Shown here in pieces: positions 10,851 through 23,948 of a DNA stretch of 64,000 nucleotides. Each line of letters starts with the position of its first letter. The first letter of the stretch is position 1. The DNA is from Perna viridis (taxonomy: Eukaryota): the NCBI GenBank assembly GCA_037379345.1, contig CM074525.1:3915170-3979169 (forward strand), in the 5' to 3' direction. The position numbers and the translations under genes are program-made. The notes under the pieces are model-generated. The model was not told the origin of the DNA and did no database searches. It saw only the letters and a list, made by a program, of their open reading frames with translations.

Positions 10851-11545
10851 TTCCTGCCTTCACTCTTACTAAAACTGCTTTTAAATGAAATTTTTTGGCA
10901 TGAAATACAAGAACAACTACTCTGTGTATTAAATAACTGCTAATTAAACAGGAAATTTATAATTATTTCAAATTGCAGACCACACCTGGCATCCCCCCCT
11001 GTGAAAGCCATAAAATGCCATTTATATGGGTATCTGATTAGAAATCTCTTGGGGGCATGTTATAAGGAATATATTATCTACCTGTGTTTTAAATTATTTA
11101 AAAGATAATGAAATTTCATATTTTATCCTTATTTTCAATATTTTTTATCCAAAAAGCATTTAATTTATGCCAAAAACTTAAAATTTTGGAAAAAAATTAG
11201 TTAATTTTCAAATTTTAATTAAATTTTACAGAATTTAAATTTTGCTATGGTCAAAAACAAGATGTTAATTACAACTTTAATATATACTGAACAGTCTAAA
11301 TTGCAAAAAAAGTGAGTAAAAAGCCATTTTCAGTTCAAAAATGGGATGTAATGAACCCTACCACATATGACTATTTTCACTGTAAAATTACTGTTCAGGC
11401 CAATATAAGGTACCTTCATATTTTGAGCCATTTTTCGAAAAATCCTTAACGAAAATTTTTAAAACTTGAAATTTCATATCGCAAGTTCCGTACTATGTGG
11501 TAGATGCAATAAAAACAAGTTTGAAAGCAGAAAAGGTGTTCTTTA

Positions 11546-12016
11546 GGTTACAGACCACCAATTGCATCATCAACTTTGGAACGTACGCAAAAAAAGTCCT
11601 ACGCAAACAAAAAAATAGTCCCTTTGTCATGCTATTATACAAAATCTAGGAATCATTTTTACATAAATGGAACTTCTGCTGAAAGATAAATTCATTTTGA
11701 TCATTTTGAGCCCAAATTTGCCTACTTTTGATAGATATAAGTTATTTTTTTGAAATGTAAACAAAGAGTGGCTAAATAAAGAAAATTGAGAATTCCAGTT
11801 ACTATTTTTAGGGGTGGGTGAGTTCCGAATGACAGTGCTTCACTGCAAGTCTGCTAACCCCTTGTTTCCTCTTGACTGAGATACCCTGATACATGTAGGT
11901 TTCAGGTGATATATGGTTATGAGCAGGTTAAAGTTAAGGTAAATATTTGAGAAGCCTTTGAAAATGGTCAATTTAACATAGGGAGCAATGGGAAACTGAA
12001 TTAGTGGTTTTTAGCC
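11546..12016. repeat. LTDR copy 4
   Basis: Periodic copy. Confidence 0.8.
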
Positions 12017-12096
12017 TTAACTGGGAAATTGCACGTGCAGCCTTGACATTAAAAATAACTTGTACCTTCTGAATTAGATTTTTCTTGAAATATCTT

Positions 12097-12477
12097 ATGA
12101 AAATGGATCAAGACAAGTGGATTGAAGCTCAAAAAGAAAGACTTTTGGCCAATTCTGAGGCTCAAGGGGCTAAAGGATGCATTTTGTGTAAATTAGGGGG
12201 AGGGGGCAGAAGATATTCCACACTAACTGTAACTTTTCCCTGGAAAAGAGATAAAAAGACAATATATACTCATAGATTTGCATTTATGTTGTTTACCAAG
12301 AATTTTGAACTACCTAAAAGCATGCAAGTATCACATAGATGTCATAATAGGAGGTGCATTAATGTGGAACATTTGTCCCTTGAGCCGGAGCAGGTCAACA
12401 AGGACCGTGAACACTGTCGCGGCCTTGTACCCACTCACTGTGCAAAACATTCTCCATATTATGATTGCATTTTATAG
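12097..12477 (+). CDS. His-Me finger nuclease, copy 4
   Basis: Protein identical to copy 1. Confidence 0.88.
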   Translation: MKMDQDKWIEAQKERLLANSEAQGAKGCILCKLGGGGRRYSTLTVTFPWKRDKKTIYTHRFAFMLFTKNFELPKSMQVSHRCHNRRCINVEHLSLEPEQVNKDREHCRGLVPTHCAKHSPYYDCIL

Positions 12478-12600
12478 GGTAAAGGTAACATATCACACAT
12501 TATTTCTGTACAACAAGTCTAAACATGTACTAATTATTTACACTATTTACATCACAGTAAGGGAGGTAACTACATCAGTTAACCACACAGGCATTGTACA

Positions 12601-14544
12601 CTAAGTACTGGGCTTTGCCTTTGGCACTTTTGGGTCAGAAATACCCTTTCTATAATGAACCTGGTAGTTTTTTGTCGCATGTAAGTTATATTTCCTTTGA
12701 CGTGTTCTAGACCTTAGACATTTTGTGCTCTTTAGCTTTTTATATTGTCTACCATATACTTCAGCTTTCTGATTTTGTTTCAGATGTTTGATAACAGATG
12801 ACCCATGTGTAAGCTCAACACCAAGTATCTTTGTACGAAGTAAGGTTGAATTACCAAACTTGTGATTACTTAAGTGTACCGCAGTATGTACACGACCTGG
12901 GAAGTTTCTACTATGAGTGACTGTTTTAGGATTACACCTCTGCAGACTGCGATTAAACGCTTCACATTTTTGGGTCGAGGTAAGAAAACGTACTAAGTCA
13001 AGACTTTTAGGCCCTAAAAGTACATTAATACAATTCTCTACCATGACTTCATCCTCATCATTCATATTTATAACCTCATTGTCAGGCAGAAAAACCTTTT
13101 TCCACTTATTAGAGGATAGACCAGCACACACATAAGAATGAATTTGGCATGCCGTACCGCATTCTCCATTATAACATTTTATAATTGCTTTGATAGCGGT
13201 TGGCATATGGTGTTTTATTTCAAAAAGTTCACCCTTGTGTGTTTCAAAAGCTTTGTTTAGTTCTGCAACGCAGCGAGTTTTTAAATCCATACTAAAACGG
13301 TGCTTAAGGTTTCTCTTATTAGGACCAGTAAACATGGATGGGCTGAATGTATACTTTTGCACAGCTCTTTTGATACCAATTGATAGATGTCTAACATCTT
13401 TAAGTACATGTACACTTGTTCTTTGAGCTTTTTCTACACCAGTAGCAGATTTGCTATCACCATCAGTAGTAATATGCCTAACTTGCAATGCATCATTCAA
13501 CTGAATAGTGCATTTTCTAACATATACAGCCTCATTACCTATTGCATCATCTTCAGCCAAGTTAGCTGAACAGTACCCAGCATGGTCAGGACATGATACT
13601 TCAATACCCTTGTTTCGTAACCGAGATGCAACTCTGCATAGCTTATTACCAGTGAACACGCTAATAATTCTCTTAAGCGAGGAATTATTTTCAACTATAG
13701 TTTGGACAACTTGCGTACCACCTTGAAATGCAGTCACGTCACTATTATAAATGCGATTATTGAAGCGACCATCTGATTCAACATTCACATAAGTAGGGTT
13801 TGAGTGACCAACCATCTCATTTTCAGCTACAATATCTTCCCTTATTTCTTTCATATCACCTTCATTGTACCTAACAATTACAGTTCCAACCCTATTTGCA
13901 AGTTTTTGCATGCCAGATAGATTAGGAGGGATAATGTTACAAGTTATGCTTATATCCCTATAGCTCTTGCTTGATATGGGAGTTGTTTGTAACCCTGCCT
14001 GTAAAGCCATATTTAGAGTTGCTGCCTTTCTACCTGGCTTAGTAGTATTTACTTCATAATACAGTTTGTAGAACTGGCCTCTAAAACCACATTTGTTACA
14101 TTTTAATCTCTCTTTCCATGCATAACCCCACTTTTTGGCTGCATTAGAGTCAAAATCTAAGTCACCGTCACAACCATTACTTTCAACTATATGCTCTTTT
14201 ATTGTAGTATTCCACAGTATGCTTACAAGAGAGGGAATGTAATGTTTATATGTGTGGTTGTCTGGATCAGAGACATTTGGCTCAAGATATTCATCAAGTA
14301 ACTCAGGACTTTTTGGCCGTGGCCGCAGCAGCATGGGAGTGCAAAGGGACTGGTCAGTGTCATGGATTTCCAGAACATTGTCACTACCTTGACTTACTCT
14401 AGATTCATAAACAGTATGAGGTAATCTCATAAGAGGCTCAGGGTCATTTTTGGGCTCATATTTAAGTTTCTTACCCTTATGAATAGGAGTATTTCCTTCC
14501 TGATATCCAAATTTTTTACCAATAAGTTTCCGCTTGCGGCTCAT
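12601..14544 (-). CDS. DDD/E transposase, copy 4
   Basis: Intact 647 aa. Confidence 0.88.
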   Translation of the reverse strand: MSRKRKLIGKKFGYQEGNTPIHKGKKLKYEPKNDPEPLMRLPHTVYESRVSQGSDNVLEIHDTDQSLCTPMLLRPRPKSPELLDEYLEPNVSDPDNHTYKHYIPSLVSILWNTTIKEHIVESNGCDGDLDFDSNAAKKWGYAWKERLKCNKCGFRGQFYKLYYEVNTTKPGRKAATLNMALQAGLQTTPISSKSYRDISITCNIIPPNLSGMQKLANRVGTVIVRYNEGDMKEIREDIVAENEMVGHSNPTYVNVESDGRFNNRIYNSDVTAFQGGTQVVQTIVENNSSLKRIISVFTGNKLCRVASRLRNKGIEVSCPDHAGYCSANLAEDDAIGNEAVYVRKCTIQLNDALQVRHITTDGDSKSATGVEKAQRTSVHVLKDVRHLSIGIKRAVQKYTFSPSMFTGPNKRNLKHRFSMDLKTRCVAELNKAFETHKGELFEIKHHMPTAIKAIIKCYNGECGTACQIHSYVCAGLSSNKWKKVFLPDNEVINMNDEDEVMVENCINVLLGPKSLDLVRFLTSTQKCEAFNRSLQRCNPKTVTHSRNFPGRVHTAVHLSNHKFGNSTLLRTKILGVELTHGSSVIKHLKQNQKAEVYGRQYKKLKSTKCLRSRTRQRKYNLHATKNYQVHYRKGISDPKVPKAKPST

Positions 14545-15239
14545 TTCCTGCCTTCACTCTTACTAAAACTGCTTTTAAATGAAATTTTTTGGCATGAAAT
14601 ACAAGAACAACTACTCTGTGTATTAAATAACTGCTAATTAAACAGGAAATTTATAATTATTTCAAATTGCAGACCACACCTGGCATCCCCCCCTGTGAAA
14701 GCCATAAAATGCCATTTATATGGGTATCTGATTAGAAATCTCTTGGGGGCATGTTATAAGGAATATATTATCTACCTGTGTTTTAAATTATTTAAAAGAT
14801 AATGAAATTTCATATTTTATCCTTATTTTCAATATTTTTTATCCAAAAAGCATTTAATTTATGCCAAAAACTTAAAATTTTGGAAAAAAATTAGTTAATT
14901 TTCAAATTTTAATTAAATTTTACAGAATTTAAATTTTGCTATGGTCAAAAACAAGATGTTAATTACAACTTTAATATATACTGAACAGTCTAAATTGCAA
15001 AAAAAGTGAGTAAAAAGCCATTTTCAGTTCAAAAATGGGATGTAATGAACCCTACCACATATGACTATTTTCACTGTAAAATTACTGTTCAGGCCAATAT
15101 AAGGTACCTTCATATTTTGAGCCATTTTTCGAAAAATCCTTAACGAAAATTTTTAAAACTTGAAATTTCATATCGCAAGTTCCGTACTATGTGGTAGATG
15201 CAATAAAAACAAGTTTGAAAGCAGAAAAGGTGTTCTTTA

Positions 15240-15710
15240 GGTTACAGACCACCAATTGCATCATCAACTTTGGAACGTACGCAAAAAAAGTCCTACGCAA
15301 ACAAAAAAATAGTCCCTTTGTCATGCTATTATACAAAATCTAGGAATCATTTTTACATAAATGGAACTTCTGCTGAAAGATAAATTCATTTTGATCATTT
15401 TGAGCCCAAATTTGCCTACTTTTGATAGATATAAGTTATTTTTTTGAAATGTAAACAAAGAGTGGCTAAATAAAGAAAATTGAGAATTCCAGTTACTATT
15501 TTTAGGGGTGGGTGAGTTCCGAATGACAGTGCTTCACTGCAAGTCTGCTAACCCCTTGTTTCCTCTTGACTGAGATACCCTGATACATGTAGGTTTCAGG
15601 TGATATATGGTTATGAGCAGGTTAAAGTTAAGGTAAATATTTGAGAAGCCTTTGAAAATGGTCAATTTAACATAGGGAGCAATGGGAAACTGAATTAGTG
15701 GTTTTTAGCC
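15240..15710. repeat. LTDR copy 5
   Basis: Periodic copy. Confidence 0.8.
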
Positions 15711-15790
15711 TTAACTGGGAAATTGCACGTGCAGCCTTGACATTAAAAATAACTTGTACCTTCTGAATTAGATTTTTCTTGAAATATCTT

Positions 15791-16171
15791 ATGAAAATGG
15801 ATCAAGACAAGTGGATTGAAGCTCAAAAAGAAAGACTTTTGGCCAATTCTGAGGCTCAAGGGGCTAAAGGATGCATTTTGTGTAAATTAGGGGGAGGGGG
15901 CAGAAGATATTCCACACTAACTGTAACTTTTCCCTGGAAAAGAGATAAAAAGACAATATATACTCATAGATTTGCATTTATGTTGTTTACCAAGAATTTT
16001 GAACTACCTAAAAGCATGCAAGTATCACATAGATGTCATAATAGGAGGTGCATTAATGTGGAACATTTGTCCCTTGAGCCGGAGCAGGTCAACAAGGACC
16101 GTGAACACTGTCGCGGCCTTGTACCCACTCACTGTGCAAAACATTCTCCATATTATGATTGCATTTTATAG
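15791..16171 (+). CDS. His-Me finger nuclease, copy 5
   Basis: Protein identical to copy 1. Confidence 0.88.
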   Translation: MKMDQDKWIEAQKERLLANSEAQGAKGCILCKLGGGGRRYSTLTVTFPWKRDKKTIYTHRFAFMLFTKNFELPKSMQVSHRCHNRRCINVEHLSLEPEQVNKDREHCRGLVPTHCAKHSPYYDCIL

Positions 16172-16294
16172 GGTAAAGGTAACATATCACACATTATTTC
16201 TGTACAACAAGTCTAAACATGTACTAATTATTTACACTATTTACATCACAGTAAGGGAGGTAACTACATCAGTTAACCACACAGGCATTGTACA

Positions 16295-18504
16295 CTAAGT
16301 ACTGGGCTTTGCCTTTGGCACTTTTGGGTCAGAAATACCCTTTCTATAATGAACCTGGTAGTTTTTTGTCGCATGTAAGTTATATTTCCTTTGACGTGTT
16401 CTAGACCTTAGACATTTTGTGCTCTTTAGCTTTTTATATTGTCTACCATATACTTCAGCTTTCTGATTTTGTTTCAGATGTTTGATAACAGATGACCCAT
16501 GTGTAAGCTCAACACCAAGTATCTTTGTACGAAGTAAGGTTGAATTACCAAACTTGTGATTACTTAAGTGTACCGCAGTATGTACACGACCTGGGAAGTT
16601 TCTACTATGAGTGACTGTTTTAGGATTACACCTCTGCAGACTGCGATTAAACGCTTCACATTTTTGGGTCGAGGTAAGAAAACGTACTAAGTCAAGACTT
16701 TTAGGCCCTAAAAGTACATTAATACAATTCTCTACCATGACTTCATCCTCATCATTCATATTTATAACCTCATTGTCAGGCAGAAAAACCTTTTTCCACT
16801 TATTAGAGGATAGACCAGCACACACATAAGAATGAATTTGGCATGCCGTACCGCATTCTCCATTATAACATTTTATAATTGCTTTGATAGCGGTTGGCAT
16901 ATGGTGTTTTATTTCAAAAAGTTCACCCTTGTGTGTTTCAAAAGCTTTGTTTAGTTCTGCAACGCAGCGAGTTTTTAAATCCATACTAAAACGGTGCTTA
17001 AGGTTTCTCTTATTAGGACCAGTAAACATGGATGGGCTGAATGTATACTTTTGCACAGCTCTTTTGATACCAATTGATAGATGTCTAACATCTTTAAGTA
17101 CATGTACACTTGTTCTTTGAGCTTTTTCTACACCAGTAGCAGATTTGCTATCACCATCAGTAGTAATATGCCTAACTTGCAATGCATCATTCAACTGAAT
17201 AGTGCATTTTCTAACATATACAGCCTCATTACCTATTGCATCATCTTCAGCCAAGTTAGCTGAACAGTACCCAGCATGGTCAGGACATGATACTTCAATA
17301 CCCTTGTTTCGTAACCGAGATGCAACTCTGCATAGCTTATTACCAGTGAACACGCTAATAATTCTCTTAAGCGAGGAATTATTTTCAACTATAGTTTGGA
17401 CAACTTGCGTACCACCTTGAAATGCAGTCACGTCACTATTATAAATGCGATTATTGAAGCGACCATCTGATTCAACATTCACATAAGTAGGGTTTGAGTG
17501 ACCAACCATCTCATTTTCAGCTACAATATCTTCCCTTATTTCTTTCATATCACCTTCATTGTACCTAACAATTACAGTTCCAACCCTATTTGCAAGTTTT
17601 TGCATGCCAGATAGATTAGGAGGGATAATGTTACAAGTTATGCTTATATCCCTATAGCTCTTGCTTGATATGGGAGTTGTTTGTAACCCTGCCTGTAAAG
17701 CCATATTTAGAGTTGCTGCCTTTCTACCTGGCTTAGTAGTATTTACTTCATAATACAGTTTGTAGAACTGGCCTCTAAAACCACATTTGTTACATTTTAA
17801 TCTCTCTTTCCATGCATAACCCCACTTTTTGGCTGCATTAGAGTCAAANNNNNNNNNNNNNGTTTTTGCATGCCAGATAGATTAGGAGGGATAATGTTAC
17901 AAGTTATGCTTATATCCCTATAGCTCTTGCTTGATATGGGAGTTGTTTGTAACCCTGCCTGTAAAGCCATATTTAGAGTTGCTGCCTTTCTACCTGGCTT
18001 AGTAGTATTTACTTCATAATACAGTTTGTAGAACTGGCCTCTAAAACCACATTTGTTACATTTTAATCTCTCTTTCCATGCATAACCCCACTTTTTGGCT
18101 GCATTAGAGTCAAAATCTAAGTCACCGTCACAACCATTACTTTCAACTATATGCTCTTTTATTGTAGTATTCCACAGTATGCTTACAAGAGAGGGAATGT
18201 AATGTTTATATGTGTGGTTGTCTGGATCAGAGACATTTGGCTCAAGATATTCATCAAGTAACTCAGGACTTTTTGGCCGTGGCCGCAGCAGCATGGGAGT
18301 GCAAAGGGACTGGTCAGTGTCATGGATTTCCAGAACATTGTCACTACCTTGACTTACTCTAGATTCATAAACAGTATGAGGTAATCTCATAAGAGGCTCA
18401 GGGTCATTTTTGGGCTCATATTTAAGTTTCTTACCCTTATGAATAGGAGTATTTCCTTCCTGATATCCAAATTTTTTACCAATAAGTTTCCGCTTGCGGC
18501 TCAT
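16295..18504 (-). CDS. DDD/E transposase, copy 5, split by an assembly gap
   Basis: Appears as 469-aa and 235-aa ORFs either side of 13 Ns with 253 bp duplicated; probably not a real pseudogene. Confidence 0.75.
17849..17861. other. 13-N scaffold gap with overlapping contig ends
   Basis: Ns at 17849-17861; 17596-17848 is repeated at 17862-18114. Confidence 0.92.
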
Positions 18505-19199
18505 TTCCTGCCTTCACTCTTACTAAAACTGCTTTTAAATGAAATTTTTTGGCATGAAATACAAGAACAACTACTCTGTGTATTAAATAACTGCTAATTA
18601 AACAGGAAATTTATAATTATTTCAAATTGCAGACCACACCTGGCATCCCCCCCTGTGAAAGCCATAAAATGCCATTTATATGGGTATCTGATTAGAAATC
18701 TCTTGGGGGCATGTTATAAGGAATATATTATCTACCTGTGTTTTAAATTATTTAAAAGATAATGAAATTTCATATTTTATCCTTATTTTCAATATTTTTT
18801 ATCCAAAAAGCATTTAATTTATGCCAAAAACTTAAAATTTTGGAAAAAAATTAGTTAATTTTCAAATTTTAATTAAATTTTACAGAATTTAAATTTTGCT
18901 ATGGTCAAAAACAAGATGTTAATTACAACTTTAATATATACTGAACAGTCTAAATTGCAAAAAAAGTGAGTAAAAAGCCATTTTCAGTTCAAAAATGGGA
19001 TGTAATGAACCCTACCACATATGACTATTTTCACTGTAAAATTACTGTTCAGGCCAATATAAGGTACCTTCATATTTTGAGCCATTTTTCGAAAAATCCT
19101 TAACGAAAATTTTTAAAACTTGAAATTTCATATCGCAAGTTCCGTACTATGTGGTAGATGCAATAAAAACAAGTTTGAAAGCAGAAAAGGTGTTCTTTA

Positions 19200-19670
19200 G
19201 GTTACAGACCACCAATTGCATCATCAACTTTGGAACGTACGCAAAAAAAGTCCTACGCAAACAAAAAAATAGTCCCTTTGTCATGCTATTATACAAAATC
19301 TAGGAATCATTTTTACATAAATGGAACTTCTGCTGAAAGATAAATTCATTTTGATCATTTTGAGCCCAAATTTGCCTACTTTTGATAGATATAAGTTATT
19401 TTTTTGAAATGTAAACAAAGAGTGGCTAAATAAAGAAAATTGAGAATTCCAGTTACTATTTTTAGGGGTGGGTGAGTTCCGAATGACAGTGCTTCACTGC
19501 AAGTCTGCTAACCCCTTGTTTCCTCTTGACTGAGATACCCTGATACATGTAGGTTTCAGGTGATATATGGTTATGAGCAGGTTAAAGTTAAGGTAAATAT
19601 TTGAGAAGCCTTTGAAAATGGTCAATTTAACATAGGGAGCAATGGGAAACTGAATTAGTGGTTTTTAGCC
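19200..19670. repeat. LTDR copy 6
   Basis: Periodic copy. Confidence 0.8.
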
Positions 19671-19750
19671 TTAACTGGGAAATTGCACGTGCAGCCTTGA
19701 CATTAAAAATAACTTGTACCTTCTGAATTAGATTTTTCTTGAAATATCTT

Positions 19751-20131
19751 ATGAAAATGGATCAAGACAAGTGGATTGAAGCTCAAAAAGAAAGACTTTT
19801 GGCCAATTCTGAGGCTCAAGGGGCTAAAGGATGCATTTTGTGTAAATTAGGGGGAGGGGGCAGAAGATATTCCACACTAACTGTAACTTTTCCCTGGAAA
19901 AGAGATAAAAAGACAATATATACTCATAGATTTGCATTTATGTTGTTTACCAAGAATTTTGAACTACCTAAAAGCATGCAAGTATCACATAGATGTCATA
20001 ATAGGAGGTGCATTAATGTGGAACATTTGTCCCTTGAGCCGGAGCAGGTCAACAAGGACCGTGAACACTGTCGCGGCCTTGTACCCACTCACTGTGCAAA
20101 ACATTCTCCATATTATGATTGCATTTTATAG
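19751..20131 (+). CDS. His-Me finger nuclease, copy 6
   Basis: Protein identical to copy 1. Confidence 0.88.
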   Translation: MKMDQDKWIEAQKERLLANSEAQGAKGCILCKLGGGGRRYSTLTVTFPWKRDKKTIYTHRFAFMLFTKNFELPKSMQVSHRCHNRRCINVEHLSLEPEQVNKDREHCRGLVPTHCAKHSPYYDCIL

Positions 20132-20254
20132 GGTAAAGGTAACATATCACACATTATTTCTGTACAACAAGTCTAAACATGTACTAATTATTTACACTAT
20201 TTACATCACAGTAAGGGAGGTAACTACATCAGTTAACCACACAGGCATTGTACA

Positions 20255-22198
20255 CTAAGTACTGGGCTTTGCCTTTGGCACTTTTGGGTCAGAAATACCC
20301 TTTCTATAATGAACCTGGTAGTTTTTTGTCGCATGTAAGTTATATTTCCTTTGACGTGTTCTAGACCTTAGACATTTTGTGCTCTTTAGCTTTTTATATT
20401 GTCTACCATATACTTCAGCTTTCTGATTTTGTTTCAGATGTTTGATAACAGATGACCCATGTGTAAGCTCAACACCAAGTATCTTTGTACGAAGTAAGGT
20501 TGAATTACCAAACTTGTGATTACTTAAGTGTACCGCAGTATGTACACGACCTGGGAAGTTTCTACTATGAGTGACTGTTTTAGGATTACACCTCTGCAGA
20601 CTGCGATTAAACGCTTCACATTTTTGGGTCGAGGTAAGAAAACGTACTAAGTCAAGACTTTTAGGCCCTAAAAGTACATTAATACAATTCTCTACCATGA
20701 CTTCATCCTCATCATTCATATTTATAACCTCATTGTCAGGCAGAAAAACCTTTTTCCACTTATTAGAGGATAGACCAGCACACACATAAGAATGAATTTG
20801 GCATGCCGTACCGCATTCTCCATTATAACATTTTATAATTGCTTTGATAGCGGTTGGCATATGGTGTTTTATTTCAAAAAGTTCACCCTTGTGTGTTTCA
20901 AAAGCTTTGTTTAGTTCTGCAACGCAGCGAGTTTTTAAATCCATACTAAAACGGTGCTTAAGGTTTCTCTTATTAGGACCAGTAAACATGGATGGGCTGA
21001 ATGTATACTTTTGCACAGCTCTTTTGATACCAATTGATAGATGTCTAACATCTTTAAGTACATGTACACTTGTTCTTTGAGCTTTTTCTACACCAGTAGC
21101 AGATTTGCTATCACCATCAGTAGTAATATGCCTAACTTGCAATGCATCATTCAACTGAATAGTGCATTTTCTAACATATACAGCCTCATTACCTATTGCA
21201 TCATCTTCAGCCAAGTTAGCTGAACAGTACCCAGCATGGTCAGGACATGATACTTCAATACCCTTGTTTCGTAACCGAGATGCAACTCTGCATAGCTTAT
21301 TACCAGTGAACACGCTAATAATTCTCTTAAGCGAGGAATTATTTTCAACTATAGTTTGGACAACTTGCGTACCACCTTGAAATGCAGTCACGTCACTATT
21401 ATAAATGCGATTATTGAAGCGACCATCTGATTCAACATTCACATAAGTAGGGTTTGAGTGACCAACCATCTCATTTTCAGCTACAATATCTTCCCTTATT
21501 TCTTTCATATCACCTTCATTGTACCTAACAATTACAGTTCCAACCCTATTTGCAAGTTTTTGCATGCCAGATAGATTAGGAGGGATAATGTTACAAGTTA
21601 TGCTTATATCCCTATAGCTCTTGCTTGATATGGGAGTTGTTTGTAACCCTGCCTGTAAAGCCATATTTAGAGTTGCTGCCTTTCTACCTGGCTTAGTAGT
21701 ATTTACTTCATAATACAGTTTGTAGAACTGGCCTCTAAAACCACATTTGTTACATTTTAATCTCTCTTTCCATGCATAACCCCACTTTTTGGCTGCATTA
21801 GAGTCAAAATCTAAGTCACCGTCACAACCATTACTTTCAACTATATGCTCTTTTATTGTAGTATTCCACAGTATGCTTACAAGAGAGGGAATGTAATGTT
21901 TATATGTGTGGTTGTCTGGATCAGAGACATTTGGCTCAAGATATTCATCAAGTAACTCAGGACTTTTTGGCCGTGGCCGCAGCAGCATGGGAGTGCAAAG
22001 GGACTGGTCAGTGTCATGGATTTCCAGAACATTGTCACTACCTTGACTTACTCTAGATTCATAAACAGTATGAGGTAATCTCATAAGAGGCTCAGGGTCA
22101 TTTTTGGGCTCATATTTAAGTTTCTTACCCTTATGAATAGGAGTATTTCCTTCCTGATATCCAAATTTTTTACCAATAAGTTTCCGCTTGCGGCTCAT
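20255..22198 (-). CDS. DDD/E transposase, copy 6
   Basis: Intact 647 aa. Confidence 0.88.
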   Translation of the reverse strand: MSRKRKLIGKKFGYQEGNTPIHKGKKLKYEPKNDPEPLMRLPHTVYESRVSQGSDNVLEIHDTDQSLCTPMLLRPRPKSPELLDEYLEPNVSDPDNHTYKHYIPSLVSILWNTTIKEHIVESNGCDGDLDFDSNAAKKWGYAWKERLKCNKCGFRGQFYKLYYEVNTTKPGRKAATLNMALQAGLQTTPISSKSYRDISITCNIIPPNLSGMQKLANRVGTVIVRYNEGDMKEIREDIVAENEMVGHSNPTYVNVESDGRFNNRIYNSDVTAFQGGTQVVQTIVENNSSLKRIISVFTGNKLCRVASRLRNKGIEVSCPDHAGYCSANLAEDDAIGNEAVYVRKCTIQLNDALQVRHITTDGDSKSATGVEKAQRTSVHVLKDVRHLSIGIKRAVQKYTFSPSMFTGPNKRNLKHRFSMDLKTRCVAELNKAFETHKGELFEIKHHMPTAIKAIIKCYNGECGTACQIHSYVCAGLSSNKWKKVFLPDNEVINMNDEDEVMVENCINVLLGPKSLDLVRFLTSTQKCEAFNRSLQRCNPKTVTHSRNFPGRVHTAVHLSNHKFGNSTLLRTKILGVELTHGSSVIKHLKQNQKAEVYGRQYKKLKSTKCLRSRTRQRKYNLHATKNYQVHYRKGISDPKVPKAKPST

Positions 22199-22893
22199 TT
22201 CCTGCCTTCACTCTTACTAAAACTGCTTTTAAATGAAATTTTTTGGCATGAAATACAAGAACAACTACTCTGTGTATTAAATAACTGCTAATTAAACAGG
22301 AAATTTATAATTATTTCAAATTGCAGACCACACCTGGCATCCCCCCCTGTGAAAGCCATAAAATGCCATTTATATGGGTATCTGATTAGAAATCTCTTGG
22401 GGGCATGTTATAAGGAATATATTATCTACCTGTGTTTTAAATTATTTAAAAGATAATGAAATTTCATATTTTATCCTTATTTTCAATATTTTTTATCCAA
22501 AAAGCATTTAATTTATGCCAAAAACTTAAAATTTTGGAAAAAAATTAGTTAATTTTCAAATTTTAATTAAATTTTACAGAATTTAAATTTTGCTATGGTC
22601 AAAAACAAGATGTTAATTACAACTTTAATATATACTGAACAGTCTAAATTGCAAAAAAAGTGAGTAAAAAGCCATTTTCAGTTCAAAAATGGGATGTAAT
22701 GAACCCTACCACATATGACTATTTTCACTGTAAAATTACTGTTCAGGCCAATATAAGGTACCTTCATATTTTGAGCCATTTTTCGAAAAATCCTTAACGA
22801 AAATTTTTAAAACTTGAAATTTCATATCGCAAGTTCCGTACTATGTGGTAGATGCAATAAAAACAAGTTTGAAAGCAGAAAAGGTGTTCTTTA

Positions 22894-23364
22894 GGTTACA
22901 GACCACCAATTGCATCATCAACTTTGGAACGTACGCAAAAAAAGTCCTACGCAAACAAAAAAATAGTCCCTTTGTCATGCTATTATACAAAATCTAGGAA
23001 TCATTTTTACATAAATGGAACTTCTGCTGAAAGATAAATTCATTTTGATCATTTTGAGCCCAAATTTGCCTACTTTTGATAGATATAAGTTATTTTTTTG
23101 AAATGTAAACAAAGAGTGGCTAAATAAAGAAAATTGAGAATTCCAGTTACTATTTTTAGGGGTGGGTGAGTTCCGAATGACAGTGCTTCACTGCAAGTCT
23201 GCTAACCCCTTGTTTCCTCTTGACTGAGATACCCTGATACATGTAGGTTTCAGGTGATATATGGTTATGAGCAGGTTAAAGTTAAGGTAAATATTTGAGA
23301 AGCCTTTGAAAATGGTCAATTTAACATAGGGAGCAATGGGAAACTGAATTAGTGGTTTTTAGCC
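22894..23364. repeat. LTDR copy 7
   Basis: Periodic copy. Confidence 0.8.
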
Positions 23365-23444
23365 TTAACTGGGAAATTGCACGTGCAGCCTTGACATTAA
23401 AAATAACTTGTACCTTCTGAATTAGATTTTTCTTGAAATATCTT

Positions 23445-23825
23445 ATGAAAATGGATCAAGACAAGTGGATTGAAGCTCAAAAAGAAAGACTTTTGGCCAA
23501 TTCTGAGGCTCAAGGGGCTAAAGGATGCATTTTGTGTAAATTAGGGGGAGGGGGCAGAAGATATTCCACACTAACTGTAACTTTTCCCTGGAAAAGAGAT
23601 AAAAAGACAATATATACTCATAGATTTGCATTTATGTTGTTTACCAAGAATTTTGAACTACCTAAAAGCATGCAAGTATCACATAGATGTCATAATAGGA
23701 GGTGCATTAATGTGGAACATTTGTCCCTTGAGCCGGAGCAGGTCAACAAGGACCGTGAACACTGTCGCGGCCTTGTACCCACTCACTGTGCAAAACATTC
23801 TCCATATTATGATTGCATTTTATAG
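23445..23825 (+). CDS. His-Me finger nuclease, copy 7
   Basis: Protein identical to copy 1. Confidence 0.88.
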   Translation: MKMDQDKWIEAQKERLLANSEAQGAKGCILCKLGGGGRRYSTLTVTFPWKRDKKTIYTHRFAFMLFTKNFELPKSMQVSHRCHNRRCINVEHLSLEPEQVNKDREHCRGLVPTHCAKHSPYYDCIL

Positions 23826-23948
23826 GGTAAAGGTAACATATCACACATTATTTCTGTACAACAAGTCTAAACATGTACTAATTATTTACACTATTTACAT
23901 CACAGTAAGGGAGGTAACTACATCAGTTAACCACACAGGCATTGTACA

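Noticed and set aside
16295-18504. Copy 5 transposase as a true pseudogene
   Set aside because: The break coincides with the N-gap and contig overlap.
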